Program-made: the position numbers and the translations under genes
Notes under the pieces: model-generated
The model's database searches: none
What the model was told of the DNA's origin: nothing
Seen by the model: only the letters and a program-made list of their open reading frames with translations
Source of the DNA: Pseudomonadota bacterium
GTDB taxonomy: Bacteria > Bdellovibrionota > Bdellovibrionia > Bdellovibrionales > SG-bin7
Assembly: GCA_034439715.1 (NCBI GenBank)
Contig: JAWXAY010000094.1
Location: forward strand, 47,008-111,007
Reading direction: 5' to 3'
DNA length: 64,000 nucleotides
Shown here: piece after piece, positions 19,114-30,793 of the stretch
How positions within the stretch are numbered: position 1 is the stretch's first letter
Layout: the number at the start of each line of letters is the position of its first letter

Positions 19114-20358
19114 ATGGCCACCTTTACAAAGATTAAAGTCCCTTCCCAAGGCGCAAAAATAAAAGTCGCTAATAATTCAAAATTACAAGTCCCCGATAAC
19201 CCCATACTTTGTTTTATAGAGGGCGATGGCACGGGTGCTGATATCTGGGCGGCTTCGCAGATGGTATTTGATGCCGCAGTCGAAAAGGCCTACATGGGAA
19301 AAAGAAAAATTCACTGGTGTGAGATTTTTGCTGGCGACAAGGCCATAAAAGTTTATGACCAATTTTTGCCTGAAGAAACTCTGGCTGCGATTAAAGAATT
19401 TACGGTGGCCATCAAAGGCCCACTTTCAACTCCCGTTGGCGGAGGAATTCGCTCACTAAACGTGGCGCTAAGAAAAGATTTAGATCTTTATGCGTGCGTG
19501 AGACCTGTCAAGTGGTACCCAGGAGTGCCGGCGCCAGTCACTCATCCTAATTTAGTTAACATGGTCATCTTTCGCGAAAATACCGAAGATGTTTATGCGG
19601 GTGTTGAATGGAAGGCAGGCTCACCCGAAGCCAATGAAGTGATCGCACTCGCAAAGAAGTTTAATAAAAATATACGTGAGAATTCAGCAATTGGCATTAA
19701 ACCCATGAGTGAGCATGGCTCAAAACGACTCATCGAAAAAGCCATTGAATTTGCTAAAGAAAAAAATCTTCCTAGCGTTACTTTGGTTCATAAAGGCAAC
19801 ATCATGAAGTTTACCGAGGGGGCTTTTAAGGACTGGGGCTACGAAGTCGCTAAAACTAAGTTTGGTGATATTACTATCACCGAGGCTGAAGTTTTTGAAA
19901 AGTTTAATGGCAAAGCACCGAGTGGTAAGATTGTTGTGAAAGATCGAATAGCCGATAGTATGTTTCAACAATGTTTATTGCGACCGGATGAGTATTCTGT
20001 GGTGGCAACACCAAATCTCAATGGTGATTATATTTCTGATGCCTTGGCTGCGCAAGTTGGTGGATTGGGTATCGCCCCGGGGGCAAACATTGGTTATGGC
20101 CTAGCGGTTTTTGAGGCCACTCATGGGACAGCGCCCAAGTACGCAGGCCAAGACAAGGTTAACCCAGGTTCTGTGATTTTATCAGGAGGGATGATGCTTG
20201 AATATATGGGTTGGATTGAAGCTGCAAAAATGATCGAACAAGGAATAGAAAAATCCATAAAAAATAAGCGCGTCACCTACGACTTTCATCGTCAGATGGA
20301 AGGGGCAACACTTTTAAAGTGTTCTGAGTTTGGTCGCGAAATCATAAAAAATATGTAA
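19114..20358 (+). CDS. icd: NADP-dependent isocitrate dehydrogenase
   Basis: [41 protein letters not shown]. Confidence 0.97.
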   Translation: MATFTKIKVPSQGAKIKVANNSKLQVPDNPILCFIEGDGTGADIWAASQMVFDAAVEKAYMGKRKIHWCEIFAGDKAIKVYDQFLPEETLAAIKEFTVAIKGPLSTPVGGGIRSLNVALRKDLDLYACVRPVKWYPGVPAPVTHPNLVNMVIFRENTEDVYAGVEWKAGSPEANEVIALAKKFNKNIRENSAIGIKPMSEHGSKRLIEKAIEFAKEKNLPSVTLVHKGNIMKFTEGAFKDWGYEVAKTKFGDITITEAEVFEKFNGKAPSGKIVVKDRIADSMFQQCLLRPDEYSVVATPNLNGDYISDALAAQVGGLGIAPGANIGYGLAVFEATHGTAPKYAGQDKVNPGSVILSGGMMLEYMGWIEAAKMIEQGIEKSIKNKRVTYDFHRQMEGATLLKCSEFGREIIKNM

Positions 20359-20369
20359 GGAGAATTCTC

Positions 20370-21314
20370 ATGTTAAACGGACGACATAAAATAACAGTTG
20401 TAGGCGCCGGTTTTGTTGGTTCTACATGTGCGCATTGGGCCGCATCTAAAGAACTAGGCGATGTGGTATTAATTGATATCAATAAGGGTGCTGCAGCAGG
20501 CAAGGCACTAGATTTGTTTGAAGCTTCACCTGTCGAACAATTTGATTCAAATGTTATAGGTACCGACGACTACGCTCAATGTAAAGAATCCGATGTCGTA
20601 ATAATCACAGCCGGAATACCTAGAAAACCGGGCATGAGCCGCGATGATTTACTGTCGACAAATGCAAAAATTATGAAGGCGGCCTGTACCGAAATAAAGA
20701 TACATGCACCAAATTCCGTGATCATTGTGGTGAGTAATCCACTCGATGCAATGGCCTATGTTGCTAAAGAAGTAACTGGCTTTCCACGAAATCGAATTAT
20801 AGGTATGGCCGGAGTACTCGATAGCGCGCGATTTAGATCATTTATTGCCGAAGAACTTAAAGTGAGTGTTAAAGATGTTCAGGCTTTCGTGCTGGGTGGC
20901 CACGGTGATACTATGGTGCCTATGCCCAACCATGTTTCGGTGGGAGGAGTGCCGCTAAAAGAACTTTTATCAGAGGAGCGTATCAATGCCCTCGTTGATC
21001 GCACTCGTACAGGTGGCGCCGAGATTGTAGGTTTACTCAAAACAGGTTCTGCCTATTATGCACCAGCGGCAAGTGCTGTGCAAATGCCTGAATCCATAAT
21101 TAAAGATCAAAAAAGAATTCTTCCGTGTGCTGCTTACTTGGAAGGTGAGTACGGAGTTAAGGGATTATTTATTGGTGTGCTTTGTAAACTTGGTAAAGGT
21201 GGAATGGAAAAAGTTATTGAAGTCAAATTATCGGATAAAGAAAAAGCTGGTCTAGCAAATTCTACTAAGGCTGTGCAAGAACTTGTCGACGCGCTAAAAA
21301 AGGTGGAGTTCTAG
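20370..21314 (+). CDS. mdh: Malate dehydrogenase (LDH-like type)
   Basis: [28 protein letters not shown]. Confidence 0.97.
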   Translation: MLNGRHKITVVGAGFVGSTCAHWAASKELGDVVLIDINKGAAAGKALDLFEASPVEQFDSNVIGTDDYAQCKESDVVIITAGIPRKPGMSRDDLLSTNAKIMKAACTEIKIHAPNSVIIVVSNPLDAMAYVAKEVTGFPRNRIIGMAGVLDSARFRSFIAEELKVSVKDVQAFVLGGHGDTMVPMPNHVSVGGVPLKELLSEERINALVDRTRTGGAEIVGLLKTGSAYYAPAASAVQMPESIIKDQKRILPCAAYLEGEYGVKGLFIGVLCKLGKGGMEKVIEVKLSDKEKAGLANSTKAVQELVDALKKVEF

Positions 21315-21317
21315 TCA

Positions 21318-22487
21318 ATGAATATTCACGAGTATCAGGCGAAAGAAGTTTTACGAAAATTTAATGTTCCGACCTTAAAAGGTAAAATTGCAAAAACCGC
21401 AGACGAAGCTCTCGCTGTTGCTAAAGAACTCGGCGGCAGTATTTGGGTGGTGAAAGCCCAAATTCATGCGGGCGGCCGCGGTAAAGGTGGAGGCGTAAAA
21501 CTTGCAAAGAGTCTCGATGAAGTAAAAAAACATGCCACAGAAATTATTGGGATGAATTTGATAACCCATCAGACGGGTCCCCAAGGAAAACGAGTCAACC
21601 TAGTTCTTATCGAAGAGGGTTGTCAGATATCAAAAGAGTATTATTGTGCGTGCTTAATCGATCGCGCCTCTTCAAAAGTGACGATGATGGTGAGTTCTGA
21701 GGGTGGCATGAACATTGAGGAAGTGGCCCATTCAAAACCCGAGGCCATTATTAAAGTTGCCGTAGATTCTGCCACAGGACTTGGAGCATGGCAGGCACGT
21801 AAAATGGCTTTTGCTGTTGGCATGAGTGCCGAAGTTGTCAACAAGGCGGTCCCTGTTTTGATGAATCTCTATAAGGCATTTGTTAATAGCGACTGTGCAC
21901 TTCTGGAAATTAACCCTTTAGTGGTAACAAAAGATAATAGTGTTATTGCCCTGGACGCCAAAATGAATTTTGACTCCAACGGACTTTTTCGTCACAAAGA
22001 TATTGTAGCCTATCGAGATATCAGTGAAGAAGATCCTGCTGAGTACGAAGCCAGTAAATTTGATCTCGCGTTCATTAAATTGGACGGTAACATCGGCTGC
22101 TTAGTTAATGGCGCTGGCTTGGCCATGTCAACTATGGATATTATTAAAATTCACGGGGGAGAGCCAGCAAATTTTTTGGACGTGGGCGGTGGTGCTGATC
22201 GCGAAAAAGTGACTGCGGCTTTTAAAATAATTTTACAAGATAAAAACGTTAAAGCGATTTTGGTAAATATTTTTGGTGGCATAATGAAGTGTGATGTGAT
22301 CGCTGAGGGAATTATTGCGGCCTCCAGGGAGTTGGGGCTTAAAGTTCCACTTGTCGTAAGGCTGCAAGGTACTAACGTCGAATTAGGTAAAAAGATTTTA
22401 CAAGAGAGTGGCCTCAATATTACGCCGGCCGATGAGTTAACTGATGCCGCATTGAAGGTCGTTAAGGCTGCAAGGGGACCCAGATAA
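21318..22487 (+). CDS. sucC: Succinyl-CoA synthetase beta subunit
   Basis: [33 protein letters not shown]. Confidence 0.98.
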   Translation: MNIHEYQAKEVLRKFNVPTLKGKIAKTADEALAVAKELGGSIWVVKAQIHAGGRGKGGGVKLAKSLDEVKKHATEIIGMNLITHQTGPQGKRVNLVLIEEGCQISKEYYCACLIDRASSKVTMMVSSEGGMNIEEVAHSKPEAIIKVAVDSATGLGAWQARKMAFAVGMSAEVVNKAVPVLMNLYKAFVNSDCALLEINPLVVTKDNSVIALDAKMNFDSNGLFRHKDIVAYRDISEEDPAEYEASKFDLAFIKLDGNIGCLVNGAGLAMSTMDIIKIHGGEPANFLDVGGGADREKVTAAFKIILQDKNVKAILVNIFGGIMKCDVIAEGIIAASRELGLKVPLVVRLQGTNVELGKKILQESGLNITPADELTDAALKVVKAARGPR

Positions 22488-23353
22488 TGTCGATCATGAT
22501 CAACAAAAACACCAAAGTCATTTGTCAGGGCTTTACCGGTACTCACGGTACTTTTCACTCTGAGCAGTCCCTAAAATATGGCACCAAACTTGTTGGTGGA
22601 ATAACACCTGGTAAAGGCGGAACTAAGCATATAGACCTGCCCGTCTATAATACGGTAGAGGAAGCAGTAAAAAAAACAGGGGCCAACGCCACTATGATTT
22701 ATGTGCCGCCACCATTTGCCGCTGATGCTATAATGGAAGCTGTAGATGCCGGCCTTGACCTTGTCGTTTGCATTACCGAGGGTATTCCCGTACTCGACAT
22801 GCTCGGTGTAAAACGTTTTATGCAAGGAAAAAAAACGAGACTTATAGGTCCAAACTGTCCTGGCGTCATTACTCCCGGAGAGTGCAAAATTGGCATTATG
22901 CCAGGGCACATTCATAAGCCGGGAAAAATCGGAGTGCTTTCGCGTTCTGGCACACTCACTTACGAAGCGGTTCATCAATTAACTAACGTCGGATTGGGGC
23001 AAAGTACTTGCGTTGGCATCGGTGGCGACCCAATCAATGGCACCAATTTTATTGATGTCTTAGAAATGTTTAACAAAGATTCCGATACGGATGCGGTTAT
23101 TATGATCGGTGAAATTGGTGGTTCGGCAGAAGAAGAAGCCGCTGAATATATTAAGCGCGAATTTAAAAAACCTGTCACTTGTTTTATTGCTGGTGCCACA
23201 GCTCCCAAAGGCAAACGTATGGGTCACGCTGGAGCTATTATCAGTGGTGGCAAGGGAACAGCCGAAGATAAATTTGAAGCACTTAAGTCGGCTGGCTGCC
23301 ATATTTCAAAAAGTCCGGCTGACATGGGCACGACTTTAAAGGCGTCCTTATAG
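22487..23353 (+). CDS. sucD: Succinyl-CoA synthetase alpha subunit
   Basis: [22 protein letters not shown]. Confidence 0.98.
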   Translation: MSIMINKNTKVICQGFTGTHGTFHSEQSLKYGTKLVGGITPGKGGTKHIDLPVYNTVEEAVKKTGANATMIYVPPPFAADAIMEAVDAGLDLVVCITEGIPVLDMLGVKRFMQGKKTRLIGPNCPGVITPGECKIGIMPGHIHKPGKIGVLSRSGTLTYEAVHQLTNVGLGQSTCVGIGGDPINGTNFIDVLEMFNKDSDTDAVIMIGEIGGSAEEEAAEYIKREFKKPVTCFIAGATAPKGKRMGHAGAIISGGKGTAEDKFEALKSAGCHISKSPADMGTTLKASL

Positions 23354-23391
23354 ATTCATGGCATATTAAGTGCTCTTAATCTTCTTGCCCC

Positions 23392-23727
23392 ATGCAAGGA
23401 GAAATTAGAATGCTCGCCTACCAAATCGTGGCCGGTTTTTCGGAAATCAAATCTCAATTACGGAAACAGACTAACCTTTCTAAATCTTTAGAAGTGTTGC
23501 AGTTATGGTTTAGTTTTGAAGAAGATGTATTGTATGCGCATGACTTTCATGATCATAAAAAGTGTATGGCGCTAGCGGTTTATAAGAGAAATAACAGTTC
23601 TTGGTTAGTAACGTTTCGAGGTAGTGCTTATGGTAGACAGGTAATTGAGTATGGCATTAATAGATCTGAACTAAATAAATTGGCTTATATCTTCAATGAT
23701 TTGTATAAGTCACACGGGTATATTTGA
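23392..23727 (+). CDS. Hypothetical protein
   Basis: 111-aa ORF; GGAG RBS precedes the second ATG (23410). Confidence 0.55.
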   Translation: MQGEIRMLAYQIVAGFSEIKSQLRKQTNLSKSLEVLQLWFSFEEDVLYAHDFHDHKKCMALAVYKRNNSSWLVTFRGSAYGRQVIEYGINRSELNKLAYIFNDLYKSHGYI

Positions 23728-24159
23728 CTTCGATCCGGCCAGCGCTTCCGCAATTTCGCCAAAACCACGGTCAAGCAGCTCGCGTGGTGGCATGGGGAAG
23801 TTTTCTTCATTTCTATGCTGACGTTCCATGGGTCGGTGGTTTAGTGTTTTGTCTGGCCAAATTTCAAAGCGATCGGAATAAAAAAATCCCAGACATAGGA
23901 CTTCATAGCGACCTTTGCAGAATTTAAGCATTATTGCGGTACGCATGAACTTGGTATCGTAATAAAAATCAGCAAAATCGTCTCGACTACTAAAAGTTTT
24001 CTGCCATATGATTTTTGAGTTTTTCTCACCTATGTAATCTAATTTAAAAAAGTAAATAGTGTTTTGGTGATGATCATAGTTTCTTTGGACTTCTGAAATG
24101 AGCAGATCCAGCAACTTGGGTTCAGATGTGGAATTGTTTAGAAGCGCTTCGAAAGCCAT
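23710..24159 (-). CDS. Hypothetical protein
   Basis: 149-aa ORF preceded by a GCCGATAA element. Confidence 0.6.
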   Translation of the reverse strand: MAFEALLNNSTSEPKLLDLLISEVQRNYDHHQNTIYFFKLDYIGEKNSKIIWQKTFSSRDDFADFYYDTKFMRTAIMLKFCKGRYEVLCLGFFYSDRFEIWPDKTLNHRPMERQHRNEENFPMPPRELLDRGFGEIAEALAGSKSNIPV

Positions 24160-24279
24160 GGCAGCTTATCGGCAATGACCCAGCGAACATCAGCTCGACT
24201 TGGCTTTGGTCGGGGTGGGGGGCTCTTCCGCTCACGAAGTCAGTGCGTTTTAAAAATCTAACTTTAAGAAAGCAAGCGG

Positions 24280-24759
24280 TTAAATGACAACATCAATTAC
24301 TTTCGCTGGAGGACCCTTTAGCTTAAGATCTTTTAAAAGCTGAGCCAGATTTCTGGGCACAAACTCCTCTTTTGAATTAGAGATCTCTGTAATAGTCCAC
24401 CACCGGAACTCTTTTAGAATTAACATTTCAGAGTCATCCGGATTTAAAGTTGGTTGTGGCGCAAACCGTTCTGTCAGAATGAAAAAAAAATCTTCATGCT
24501 GTTCTATTATTTTTTCTTTCCACTGAAAGCTATGGAATCGTGTCCAGACTTTAGCACCTAAGCTATCAATTTCCAATCCCAACTCTTCGTAGAGCTCACG
24601 TCTGAGAGCAGTAGCTTCATTTTCGCCAGCATCAATTCCGCCACCAGGAGTAATCCAGCCTTTCCAGTACCCATTTGGATTTTCAATCTGAATCAAGAGA
24701 ACTTCGTCATTCGGTGTAAGCAGTATAGCCCTACAACATTTGCGTTTAATAGTTTCCAT
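24280..24759 (-). CDS. NUDIX hydrolase
   Basis: Nudix box GGGIDAGENEATALRRELYEELG. Confidence 0.9.
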   Translation of the reverse strand: METIKRKCCRAILLTPNDEVLLIQIENPNGYWKGWITPGGGIDAGENEATALRRELYEELGLEIDSLGAKVWTRFHSFQWKEKIIEQHEDFFFILTERFAPQPTLNPDDSEMLILKEFRWWTITEISNSKEEFVPRNLAQLLKDLKLKGPPAKVIDVVI

Positions 24760-24940
24760 GTGACGACACTAAACTCTTCAAGTCTCCTTGTCCACCAAAG
24801 TGGAATCCCAAACCGACCACCTTTAGACCACAAACGCTCAAAAGTAATGACCGTCACATAAGCGTCTACTTACCGACATAACAGGCCCTAGGTCTTGGTC
24901 CAAATTGACCTAGGCATAACCCAACCATTAAAATTGAATA

Positions 24941-25594
24941 ATGAAAAATATCAAACTTATATTGTTAAAAATAGTGGTAACAATTTCAATGGTTTCGTTA
25001 ACAGCAAAGCTGCAGGCTCAAGACATGCAGACATTTAAATTAATGAAAGGGATTGGTGCCTGCGCTAGTCTTCCGCAAACAGATAATAATTTTGAGTGTA
25101 AAGCTATTGGTTGGCCTGATCAAAACTCAAGAGTTGATCTAATTAAGCAGGAGTTTGTTGAGAAAAATGGTAAACAAGTTCGGTGGGGACAGTTTGATTA
25201 CTACTATTTTTTTAGTGGAGTAAAAAAGTGTGAGTCGCATAAGTCTAAAATTCTAAGCCACCTTAAGGAACGAAAGGACGTCAACGAGCTTTTAGAAGGA
25301 CTGGGTGCAGACAGAGACTGTATTCGCCAAGGTCGTGGTTGGATTCAAACTCGAAACGTTGAAATTTGGACCGACAAAACTGAAGAAAAAAATCAGGAAA
25401 AGAATCAGGAAAAGAAAGAGGAGACAAGCGTCGCGCCCAAGCAAGACTATATGACGGTAGAACTAAAAAAAGTTAAGTCTAGTTCCAAGAAAACTACAGT
25501 TATAAAATATGATGAAGAGCGAGAACCGCAATCTTCTCAAGAAGCCACAATAAAATCTCCGACTACCGAGCGATTACCTAAAGAGTATTTTTAA
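24941..25594 (+). CDS. Hypothetical secreted protein
   Basis: Signal peptide ending LQA, four Cys, charged low-complexity tail with EKNQ repeats. Confidence 0.7.
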   Translation: MKNIKLILLKIVVTISMVSLTAKLQAQDMQTFKLMKGIGACASLPQTDNNFECKAIGWPDQNSRVDLIKQEFVEKNGKQVRWGQFDYYYFFSGVKKCESHKSKILSHLKERKDVNELLEGLGADRDCIRQGRGWIQTRNVEIWTDKTEEKNQEKNQEKKEETSVAPKQDYMTVELKKVKSSSKKTTVIKYDEEREPQSSQEATIKSPTTERLPKEYF

Positions 25595-25979
25595 AAGTGT
25601 TTCCACTTTCTCTAGAAAAAACGAGATAGAGTACCAGGTATAGGATAACGGTCACACCCAAAGACGAGACAGCCAGAACAAGAGTTAAAAATCGTGTTAG
25701 GCCAACCTCTGTCTGAAAGCGTTGGCTGAGCTCGTTGCATACGCCCAATATTTTAGGTTGGTAGGCTTGCGCTACTTGGCTTTCGCGCGGCAAACTAAAC
25801 ATTAATCCCACATAGACAAAAATACTGAGCCCCAAAAACAAGATACCTATGAGCCAAATTAGCCTAACGATCCACGGCTCAATACCCAACGCTTTAGCCA
25901 GCCCTTCGCAAACGCCAGCAACCCAACCATCGTTATTGCGTACCCATCGATCAGTGTCTCTATTAACATTTAAAATCAT
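25578..25979 (-). CDS. Tandem PspC-domain membrane protein
   Basis: Two PspC-like motifs: VAGVCEGLA...VRL and ILGVCNELS...TRF. Confidence 0.85.
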   Translation of the reverse strand: MILNVNRDTDRWVRNNDGWVAGVCEGLAKALGIEPWIVRLIWLIGILFLGLSIFVYVGLMFSLPRESQVAQAYQPKILGVCNELSQRFQTEVGLTRFLTLVLAVSSLGVTVILYLVLYLVFSRESGNTFKNTL

Positions 25980-26038
25980 GGCAAGATTCTTACTCCTTCT
26001 CTTGCCGAAAGGGCAAGAAAATTGTTAGATTTGGTTCT

Positions 26039-26839
26039 ATGAAGTATCTTCATGGCTTTCAGAGGACAGAACAGAATCGCCTTTATACCCAAGCTCGTTT
26101 ACTAGAAAAAGAAACATTTGGTGGCGTCGACTTCTCTAAGGCAAAAAAAATTATCGAAATAGGTTGCGGAGTGGGAGCTCAAACCGAAATTTTGATAAGG
26201 CGGTTTCCTCAGCTTGAGATTTTCGCCCTTGACGCTTCAAAAGTGCAACTAGCACGCGCTAAAGAAAAATTTAAGAAACACCCAAAAAGAAAACAAATTC
26301 ATTTTATTCAAGGCAATGCCAAAAATATACCCTTTGAGGACAACACTTTTGACGGTGCTTTTATCTGTTGGCTGCTAGAACACGTACCTAATCCCATTGA
26401 CGTCGTCAAAGAGGCTAAGCGTGTGCTCAAAAGAAATGGTAAAATATTTATCAATGAAGTTCTGAACTCCACTTTTTATGTCGAACCCTATAGTCCAAGC
26501 GTATTAAAGTATCTTTTTGAATTTAACGATTATCAATGGACCATAAAAGGCGATCCTTTTGTCGGCGCTAAGCTTGGCGTTTTTTTGGCTGATACTGGAT
26601 TTCGAGATGTTAAAATAATCACCTGCCCACACCATTTTGATAAAAGACAGAAAAAAAAGAGAAACGACTATTTAAAACTATGGCGGGACATATTTTTGAG
26701 TGCTATTCCAGGATTACTCGAAACAAAGAGAGTTACCGCTAAGCACATTACAAATATGAAAAAAGAGTTTGAAACTTTAAGGCGTCGACGTGATGCTTTA
26801 ATTTATTGGTCAGCAATTCAGGGGCACGCACTCAAATAG
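26039..26839 (+). CDS. Class I SAM-dependent methyltransferase
   Basis: IIEIGCGVG, PFEDNTFD, WLLEH. Confidence 0.88.
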   Translation: MKYLHGFQRTEQNRLYTQARLLEKETFGGVDFSKAKKIIEIGCGVGAQTEILIRRFPQLEIFALDASKVQLARAKEKFKKHPKRKQIHFIQGNAKNIPFEDNTFDGAFICWLLEHVPNPIDVVKEAKRVLKRNGKIFINEVLNSTFYVEPYSPSVLKYLFEFNDYQWTIKGDPFVGAKLGVFLADTGFRDVKIITCPHHFDKRQKKKRNDYLKLWRDIFLSAIPGLLETKRVTAKHITNMKKEFETLRRRRDALIYWSAIQGHALK

Positions 26840-26850
26840 GGAGTTAGAAA

Positions 26851-27765
26851 ATGTTTTTAATTTTAGGTCTTTCATTTTTATTCAATTCGGCTCTGGCTGA
26901 GAACTTAAAAATAATAAAAGTGGAATCTGCCGCTCATTTTGTCAAAGTAGTGCCAAGCTCGAGTATAGATGATACGGACCTGAGAAAATATGAAATTCTG
27001 CTGGATCTAGGTGCCGAGGTTTGTGAACTGTCCGTTAAGAAAACCGGCGATAAGGAGTGGGAGTTCTCAACTGACGGTTGCGACATCGAAAAACCGCTCA
27101 CCAAGAATTCTCGAATCTATCTGGAACTGAAGCCGGTTGCGCCTAAAGTTGAACCTAAAAAAAAATACGCTAAACGAGAGGATGTCGCATATAACATTTC
27201 TTTATTCTACAGTTCAGCAAGCACATACCGTGTACTCGGATCCTATGACAGCAATTTGAATTCCGGTGATATTGATATCAGAGGAAAGATGTCGGGTGGG
27301 GCGCCGGGAATTGCGTTCGGGTTGACCATTCCTGGATTAAAAATTTTTGAAGTAGATGGTGGAATTGGCTATGAATTTGCCCGTAAGGTTAAAAGCGAAA
27401 CCGGTACACTCGGTGGCACTTCAATATACCAGGATTTTGGAGGAAGAAGTCCGACATTTAAAATTTTGTTTCTCTATGGCAACCTGAGATTTTATATGCC
27501 CGTAGAAAACCTCTATCTTTATGTAGGGTATGTTTACGGTTTTCCCTCAGTATCTGAAGAAATTAGCAGTAGAATGAGCTTGATGAGTGGATTTCAGGCT
27601 GGAGCTGGCTACAAGATATCAGAATTACTATCCGGGGAATTTGGTATGCGACTACTGTCGGCAAGCTACATCGAATCAGGCACCTCGGGAGCGACTACTT
27701 ACCAAGAAGATGTAGATAGCTTTTCGTTAGTAGGATTTGTCGGTGCCCTAAAATACGAACTCTAA
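26851..27765 (+). CDS. Outer-membrane beta-barrel protein with N-terminal extra domain
   Basis: Signal peptide, GFQAGAGY-type strands, C-terminal GALKYEL. Confidence 0.7.
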   Translation: MFLILGLSFLFNSALAENLKIIKVESAAHFVKVVPSSSIDDTDLRKYEILLDLGAEVCELSVKKTGDKEWEFSTDGCDIEKPLTKNSRIYLELKPVAPKVEPKKKYAKREDVAYNISLFYSSASTYRVLGSYDSNLNSGDIDIRGKMSGGAPGIAFGLTIPGLKIFEVDGGIGYEFARKVKSETGTLGGTSIYQDFGGRSPTFKILFLYGNLRFYMPVENLYLYVGYVYGFPSVSEEISSRMSLMSGFQAGAGYKISELLSGEFGMRLLSASYIESGTSGATTYQEDVDSFSLVGFVGALKYEL

Positions 27766-28982
27766 AACCCTAAATCTATAGCAAGTCTCACTGACTCAAG
27801 CACATCTAATTCGCCGAAGCCAAGTTTGGGGTCCCAAGTGTAAACTCGTGTAAATGCCGACTTCAACAATATGTCTCTCTTCTCTTTTGCTGTTAACCTA
27901 GGATTGGCCTGCGAAATAAGTGCCAACGTACCGGTTACAAAGGGTGCGGCCATCGAGGTGCCAGTCCATTCCCCCCAAAGATTTCCCGGCAGTGTCGAAA
28001 TAATTTTATCTCCGGGCGCGCTAATTTCAGGTTTTAATAAAGTAGAGCCGTTAAAAACAACAGGTCCTCGACTTGAAAATTCGGTTGCAACTCCATTGGC
28101 ATCAGTTGCTGCTACCACAATCGTCGTGGGATAGTTTTTAGGCTCAGAAATAGAGCCTTCCTCAAGCCCATTATTTCCAGCAGAAAAAACAGCAATAATC
28201 CCCAGCGAATCCCAAACCTGAAGGGCTCTATAATAAAGTTCAATCTCTGGTAAGTTGTCTTGACCCCAAGAGTTATTAACTACAAGCGGCCAATCGTTAG
28301 TGCTCGGATCGCCATCGGGGTCGGTTAAAAACTCCATGGCTCGAAATGCCGTTTTGACATCATGGATCTGTACTGAGATTATTTCGCACTTAGGTGCTAC
28401 TTGGGCCACTATTCCCGTAACGTGTGTTCCATGTCCCGAAAAATCTGAAGCCCTAGATGGAGCACCTAGATCAGGGTTATAGAAAATTTTTATTTTTTCT
28501 TTCAGAAACTCGTGGTCTGCATCCACTCCCGTGTCGATAATACCAACTTTTACTCCATGACCAGTGATCTCAGGATAAAAGGCATTAACGATGTTCAGTT
28601 TAATGTTTTCTGCAAAATACTGTGCTTTAGGGGCAGTGGGTTGCGCTGATTGAACGGTTTCAAATTTAAAGGGTCGATTAAAAAAAATACTTTTGATGTC
28701 TTGGTTTTTAAGAAGTTCAGCCAAGATTTTTTGATTTATTTTTGCATAAAAACCGTGGGTGATCCAAAGTGGTGTGGCATTGATATTCCCTAAATTCTTT
28801 AGCTTCTTTTTCGTCAAGGCTTTTAACTGGGAGATGCTTAAAGTTGCAAGGGACTCGGTTATATCAAATATCGCAATTATCTCTACTTCAGGAGAAGCGG
28901 CTAAAGTTTTAATGACCATAGGGTCAATTACTGCTGCCTGGGCAAACCCAATAAGAGATAGACATAAAAGTATGAATTTCAT
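27762..28982 (-). CDS. Secreted S8 subtilisin-like serine protease
   Basis: IIDTG, HGTHVTG, GTSMAAP triad; signal peptide from ATG 28982. Confidence 0.93.
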   Translation of the reverse strand: MKFILLCLSLIGFAQAAVIDPMVIKTLAASPEVEIIAIFDITESLATLSISQLKALTKKKLKNLGNINATPLWITHGFYAKINQKILAELLKNQDIKSIFFNRPFKFETVQSAQPTAPKAQYFAENIKLNIVNAFYPEITGHGVKVGIIDTGVDADHEFLKEKIKIFYNPDLGAPSRASDFSGHGTHVTGIVAQVAPKCEIISVQIHDVKTAFRAMEFLTDPDGDPSTNDWPLVVNNSWGQDNLPEIELYYRALQVWDSLGIIAVFSAGNNGLEEGSISEPKNYPTTIVVAATDANGVATEFSSRGPVVFNGSTLLKPEISAPGDKIISTLPGNLWGEWTGTSMAAPFVTGTLALISQANPRLTAKEKRDILLKSAFTRVYTWDPKLGFGELDVLESVRLAIDLGF

Positions 28983-29087
28983 AGTACTTTTCCTATAAAC
29001 AAGCCCATTTTTAAGTAACACGGCTAGAGGTTAAATAGGCACACAAATTTTTTGCTGGTGAAAAAAAGATATGCTAAAAGACCGTCA

Positions 29088-29816
29088 ATGGTTAAATTGA
29101 GTGTAAATATAAATAAGATTGCGACATTGCGGAACGCCAGGGGAGAAACAAACCCGAATGTGCTAAAGGCGGCTTTAGATATCGAGTCTTATGGTGCCGA
29201 TGGTATTACTGTTCATCCGCGGCCCGATGGTCGTCATATTCGCTTTAGTGACGTTTTCGACCTAAAAAAAAATATTAAGGTTGAACTTAATATCGAAGGC
29301 TATCCTTCCCACGAGTATATTAAATTAGTCTCTGAAATAAAACCAGCACAAGCGACTTTAGTGCCAGATCCCCCAGAAGCTTTGACTTCAGATGCCGGCT
29401 GGAATGTTAAAAAGAATGAAGCTTTTTTGTCAGCCGCAGTTCAAAAATTAAAACCATCAGGCGCAAGAATTTCGTTATTCATAGATCCTTTGAATGTTTC
29501 CACGCAGGAGTTGGCAATAATAAAGTCTTTAGGAATAGAGCGTATTGAGCTTTATACAAAGCTGTATGCTGACGTTTTTCATTCTAAAAAACTCCAAGAG
29601 ACTTTAGAGTTTTATAAAAAAGTGGCGCGTGAGGCGGAAAAGGTGGGCCTAGGAGTGAATGCGGGACATGACCTAGATCTTAAAAATCTTGGTTATCTGG
29701 TGAGAAATATCCCCGAGCTCTTAGAAGTTTCTATTGGGCATGCTCTAATTTGTGATGCCCTTAATTTTGGTCTTAAGGATACAGTCCAAAAATATCTACT
29801 GGCCGCTAAGGGTTAA
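29088..29816 (+). CDS. pdxJ: Pyridoxine 5'-phosphate synthase
   Basis: LSVNINKIATLRNAR, ITVHPRPD, NAGHDL, EVSIGH. Confidence 0.96.
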   Translation: MVKLSVNINKIATLRNARGETNPNVLKAALDIESYGADGITVHPRPDGRHIRFSDVFDLKKNIKVELNIEGYPSHEYIKLVSEIKPAQATLVPDPPEALTSDAGWNVKKNEAFLSAAVQKLKPSGARISLFIDPLNVSTQELAIIKSLGIERIELYTKLYADVFHSKKLQETLEFYKKVAREAEKVGLGVNAGHDLDLKNLGYLVRNIPELLEVSIGHALICDALNFGLKDTVQKYLLAAKG

Positions 29817-29965
29817 AAACACCAGAAAAAATTTTCAGATAGTAAAAAGACGCCAATTTTGCGAAAATAACTAGTGTTATCAAGTGTTTGTAATTTTTAC
29901 AGTGAGTCCAAAAAATCCCCTAAAAAATTGACACATCGCGTATAATGGCCGTTAAATAGAACAAA

Positions 29966-30793
29966 ATGAACTCGTCGGTCGTCTCGTCTATCGTCGCGAA
30001 GGTAATAGTGAAGATAATTTTAATCAGCTTAATTTTAATTTGTGAAACTCTGGCGGGATCAATTGCTTTCAGCGCCGAGGAGGTAAATTTTGTTGAACCA
30101 GTGGGAGGGTTTGATTTCGATTTTTCGCAAGGACCCCCTCAAGTTCACGATGTGTGGTTTGCTGAAAATCATTACACAGCAGAAGAGTGGAAATCAGCGG
30201 CCATTGCAGGATACGCTAATCCCTTTGTCGAAGAGGTTACATTAAAGCCCCTTGTTAAAAATGGTAACTCTCATATTATTGCCATGAAAACCGCTTTCGT
30301 TATTAGGAAACCCATTACTTTTATAACAAGAGAAAAATATTTATCACCTGACTTTCACATAAAGACAAATCCCTCTATAGAAGAAATGAAGGTAATCAGC
30401 CAAGTCCCGCTAATTTTTGATACCAAAACAGGTATTTTCGGTTTCATGGAACTGAATTCATTGGTACATTTTTTATATTTTGATGAAAACGAAATTCAGG
30501 CGCGGCCCAATTTGCAGCAGATCACAAGGTATCATGGATTAACCAAAGTCCCACCTAAATTCCTAATTTATCGGTATGCTGAAAAATTCAATCGCATTCT
30601 AGAGTTGGCAGTTACGACCTCCGAATTTTACCCCATTGATGCTAATTCCACTCTCGTATTGTCGTTTGCTTTTGTCTCTGCCAACGGCAGTTGGTTTACT
30701 GGGTTTAGTGGAGCATTTGCCAAGAGAAAACTGCGAAATGCGTTTGAGCAAATAATTAGAGATAATATACATGCCATTGACAACCTTCCGTAG
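29966..30793 (+). CDS. Hypothetical exported protein, upstream partner of the cyclase
   Basis: Hydrophobic N-terminus ending AFSA; overlaps cyclase start by 23 nt. Confidence 0.7.
   Translation: MNSSVVSSIVAKVIVKIILISLILICETLAGSIAFSAEEVNFVEPVGGFDFDFSQGPPQVHDVWFAENHYTAEEWKSAAIAGYANPFVEEVTLKPLVKNGNSHIIAMKTAFVIRKPITFITREKYLSPDFHIKTNPSIEEMKVISQVPLIFDTKTGIFGFMELNSLVHFLYFDENEIQARPNLQQITRYHGLTKVPPKFLIYRYAEKFNRILELAVTTSEFYPIDANSTLVLSFAFVSANGSWFTGFSGAFAKRKLRNAFEQIIRDNIHAIDNLP

Noticed and set aside
29928..29946. Perfect TTGACA and TATAAT upstream of the cyclase operon
   Set aside because: Only 7 bp apart, so they cannot form one sigma70 promoter; may belong to overlapping promoters
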